A stretch of DNA of 64,000 nucleotides from an uncultured Gemmatimonadales bacterium (GTDB lineage: Bacteria; Gemmatimonadota; Gemmatimonadetes; Gemmatimonadales; GWC2-71-9): contig CAWJIM010000023.1 of the NCBI GenBank assembly GCA_963842945.1, forward strand, positions 224,001 to 288,000, read 5' to 3'. Under the pieces are notes generated by a model. It did no database searches, had not been told where the DNA came from, and worked only from the letters and a program-made list of their open reading frames with translations. The translations under genes were made by a program, and so were the position numbers. How positions within the stretch are numbered: the first letter of the stretch is position 1; every line of letters starts with the position of its first letter. This document shows, piece by piece, positions 61,422 through 64,000 of the stretch.

Positions 61422-61577
61422 CTACCGTTGTGTCTGCGGCGCGCTGTCTGCCGCCGTCGGGCCGGGCGGAGTTGACGTTCCTCCCCTTAATGCGTAGACG
61501 ACCCAGACGACGATGATCAGGAGGAGAGCCCAGATCCATACCCGCTTCAGGCTCCCCTGGGAAGCAGGCTCAGTCAT
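61422..61577 (-). CDS. Small single-TM protein, 51 aa (not in ORF track)
   Basis: MTEPASQGSLKRVWIWALLLIIVVWVVYALRGG...QTQR; GGAG SD. Confidence 0.65.
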   Translation of the reverse strand: MTEPASQGSLKRVWIWALLLIIVVWVVYALRGGTSTPPGPTAADSAPQTQR

Positions 61578-61632
61578 ATCGATCTCCGGTTGAGAGAGTT
61601 ACCCATCCGCTGGAAGGATACCTCCTAAAATG

Positions 61633-61663
61633 AAAAACGCGCCGGGGACAACCCCGGCGCGTT
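61633..61663 (-). terminator. Intrinsic terminator
   Basis: Minus strand AACGCGCCGGGG-TTGT-CCCCGGCGCGTT then TTT, 22 nt after VWA gene stop. Confidence 0.85.
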
Positions 61664-61684
61664 CATCGGCCTGACCCTGCCGGC

Positions 61685-62435
61685 TCAGATCACCTTGCCT
61701 CGCCGGACCCGGAAGTCGACCACGTTCTTCATCCATGACCAGAGCGAATCCTGCTGTTCCGGCCGTCCCGTGGAGACGAAGTGGCGGCGCCAGCCCTCCA
61801 TCACTTCCGCGTCCTGCGTCCAGAGCCGCACCCGCTTGCGGGGCACGTTCTGCTCCCACCGCTGAGCGACCTTTGGCGAAGCATACAGCAAGCGGACCGT
61901 GACGCTCCGAGAGAGATACTCGAGCGGGGTCATGTTGATGCGGCGGTAGAGCTCATCGCCCTTGGCCCCAGGAATGTCGGGAACGCCGTCGGAGAACATC
62001 ACGATGCTGAGCGGCGCCAGGCCCAGATTCTGCCGCTGCACGTGCACCGCTACGCGCTCGAAGAACGCATTGTAGTCGGTGATCGGGTCGTCCTCGGGGA
62101 ACCAGGCCCGAAGACTGGCGGCAATCTGGGAAGGCGACTTCCCGGTCAGATCCTGAATCGGGTGAAAGGTCTTGGCTTCTCCCGGCCGCTGGCCGCCCAT
62201 GGTGCCGATGAAGACGTCCGTGGGCCGGCGCAGGTCCTGGAATCCCTTCATGTGGGCATAGATGTACAGCGCCGCGAAGTCGATGGCATCGTCGAAGTGC
62301 CCGCCTTTGCGGAACGAGCCCGGAGACATCCAGCCCGATGACCAGGGTCGACTTCGGGGGCGGCGCGTTCTTGGGCGGAGCGCACCCAACAATCAGCGCG
62401 CCCAGTGTTGCGGCTACCAGAAAGGAGCGCTTCAT
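61685..62435 (-). CDS. VWA-domain lipoprotein (frameshift near 62320)
   Basis: Lipobox LIVGC; MIDAS LVIGLDVSGSF, ITD, IVMFSDG. Confidence 0.8.
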
Positions 62436-63677
62436 ACGGCCGCCTGGGGAGCGTTCCCCCGGACGCTTGCGCTCCACGACAGTGGAGTGGCCGCCAGCAC
62501 CTCCTCTAAGCGAGCGGAACGGCAGGGTGAAGATGGGGCCGGCCGAGCAGAACAACCAGCCAGAAGTTGAAGCCGGATGCCAGCAGCTGAAGCACCGGCA
62601 GCGTGAGCAGCTCGAACATCTCGCGGGCTTCGTTCTTGAACCAGTCGACCTCGGCCTTGAGCGCCGCGATCGGGGCCTTCCAGAACTCGGGCTGCCGCGG
62701 CGGAGCCAGGTCGCGTGGACGCCGCTCGCGGCTCAGAGTCTCCCGGGCCAGCACGGCAATGAGGGCCGGGGTGCCGTAGCGGCCGAAGAGGAACCAGGTC
62801 ATGCCGCGGACGCCAAGCCAGCCGGCAAAGGCAACCGCCAGAGTTCCCACGATGCCCAGATTGAACCCTTGCTGGGCCATCCAGGGCGTGATCGCATCCA
62901 CCAGCTCGCGGTAGAGGAACAGCACCTCGAACATCGCCACCACGATCTCGATCACGGTCATCGAGATGATGGTGCCGTACTGCTTGCTCTTGATGGCGTC
63001 GTTCAGCGCCTGGACGCAGGCGAAGCTGCCGCCCACCAGGAAGAAGAGGAACATGTAGAGCAGCGCCGTCAGCATGACCGGGTTCGGCTCGAAACCGGTG
63101 AGGTCGGCCAGCAGCTCGTTCATGGTCGGGCGCAGCGTGAACGTGAAGATGGTGGCTTCGATCGCCGACCAGACGAGCAGCAGAAGGAACGCCAGCCATG
63201 GCACGCCCGGCTTGAAGTAGCGCCGCGAGGTCCAGTCCAGAATGGCAAAGGGAGAGTTCAGCGCGCCCTTGATCGCGTTCCAGACCAGCCGCGCGAAGGC
63301 GCGGATTCCGGCTGCCGATCCAGCCCAGGAGGACGAAGAGGAAACGGCCCATGCCGGCCCAGTAGAACCAGGCCATCCGGCCCACATCCCACCACGACAT
63401 CAGCAGCGCGGTCAGGAAATAGCCACGGCCGGAGCGAAACGGCAGGGTGTAGAGCGAGACCATCGTCGCCCACATGCTCACCAGGAGCACTGCGGCCGGC
63501 AGGAGCAACAGAGTCGCCTTCACTACGGCCAGTCCTGGCGTGCCGTCGAAGACGAAGCCGAATACCAGGCTGCTGAAGGTCCAGGATCCACGACATCCCG
63601 GACCACATCCAGCTCCACAGCTGGGTCAGCATCCAGCTCCACTGCTCCGGTTGGCCCGTAACGAGAGTCGATTGCAT
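62432..63677 (-). CDS. Multi-pass membrane protein of unknown function (several frameshifts)
   Basis: GGAGG SD; many TM segments across frames; ATGA coupling with VWA gene. Confidence 0.75.
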
Positions 63678-63752
63678 ACGCGTAGCGCCTCCAGCCATTC
63701 GCAGGAAGTGGGAACGGGTGCCTTCAGGGTGTGGAAGTTCGGGGTGGAGAGG

Positions 63753-63767
63753 GCAAGCCACGTGCCG
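63753..63767 (-). promoter_or_regulatory. Sigma-54 (-24/-12) promoter
   Basis: CGGCACG-TGGC-TTGC, GG-N10-GC spacing, one mismatch to TGGCACG-N4-TTGC; 75 nt upstream of ATG 63677. Confidence 0.7.
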
Positions 63768-64000
63768 TGGATGGCACGCTTTAGGAAGGGCCCGTTACCA
63801 GAGTGTGACCAGCAGAGTTGCACCGATGAGGAAGAGGCCTGATCCACTCATTTTAGCGGTGCCAGGCATGCACCCGACCATCGTTGAGGCGAACTGCGTC
63901 TGCGGGTGGTTCGAGTGAAAGTTGTTGCACCGGTAGGTTTTGTCAGCATCATTACTGATATCCCCACCCTCCGCCTCACCGTCGAACAGTGGCGAACGCG

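Noticed and set aside
1..64000. Widespread frameshifts as pseudogenes or programmed frameshifting
   Set aside because: They hit unrelated genes including gcvP, often at homopolymers, with intact motifs on both sides and no shared slippery signal; sequencing or consensus error is more likely.

Overview
GC-rich (about 64% by eye) bacterial chromosome segment. Gene repertoire and protein styles suggest Gemmatimonadota (inference only). Many genes, including the normally essential-looking gcvP, are broken by single-base indels, most consistent with long-read or metagenome consensus error rather than decay. Content in order: 3' part of gcvP and a lipoate ligase; a Dpp/Opp ABC operon; csbD; an orphan sigma-28 gene divergent from a small FlgM-like ORF that has a sigma-28 promoter and heads a ridA-phzF-csaA operon; dppA (M55); assorted small genes; Rieske-FAD reductase, mscL and an MBL-rhodanese preceded by a leaderless Cys-Cys uORF; a propeller lipoprotein plus TonB receptor; a stress-type divergon (SRPBCC/SDR/TrxR versus glycosyltransferase-FAD oxidoreductase fusion and GH1-like genes) around a perfect Crp-type box; GH2; the ligase-Lhr-exonuclease-PdeM repair cluster with an extra MBL gene; YciI-ECF-sulfotransferase; dcp; a Ser/Thr kinase; an ECF/anti-sigma/Spy-like divergon with twin back-to-back promoters; FkbM, dodecin, GNAT; and a sigma-54-promoted membrane protein plus VWA lipoprotein pair of unknown function. 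No rRNA, tRNA, CRISPR, integrase or transposase was recognised. Best leads: the non-flagellar sigma-28/FlgM module, the Cys-Cys leaderless uORF, the sigma-54 membrane/VWA operon, the ECF divergon, two apparent ATT starts, and three hairpins made of short tandem repeats at gene junctions.
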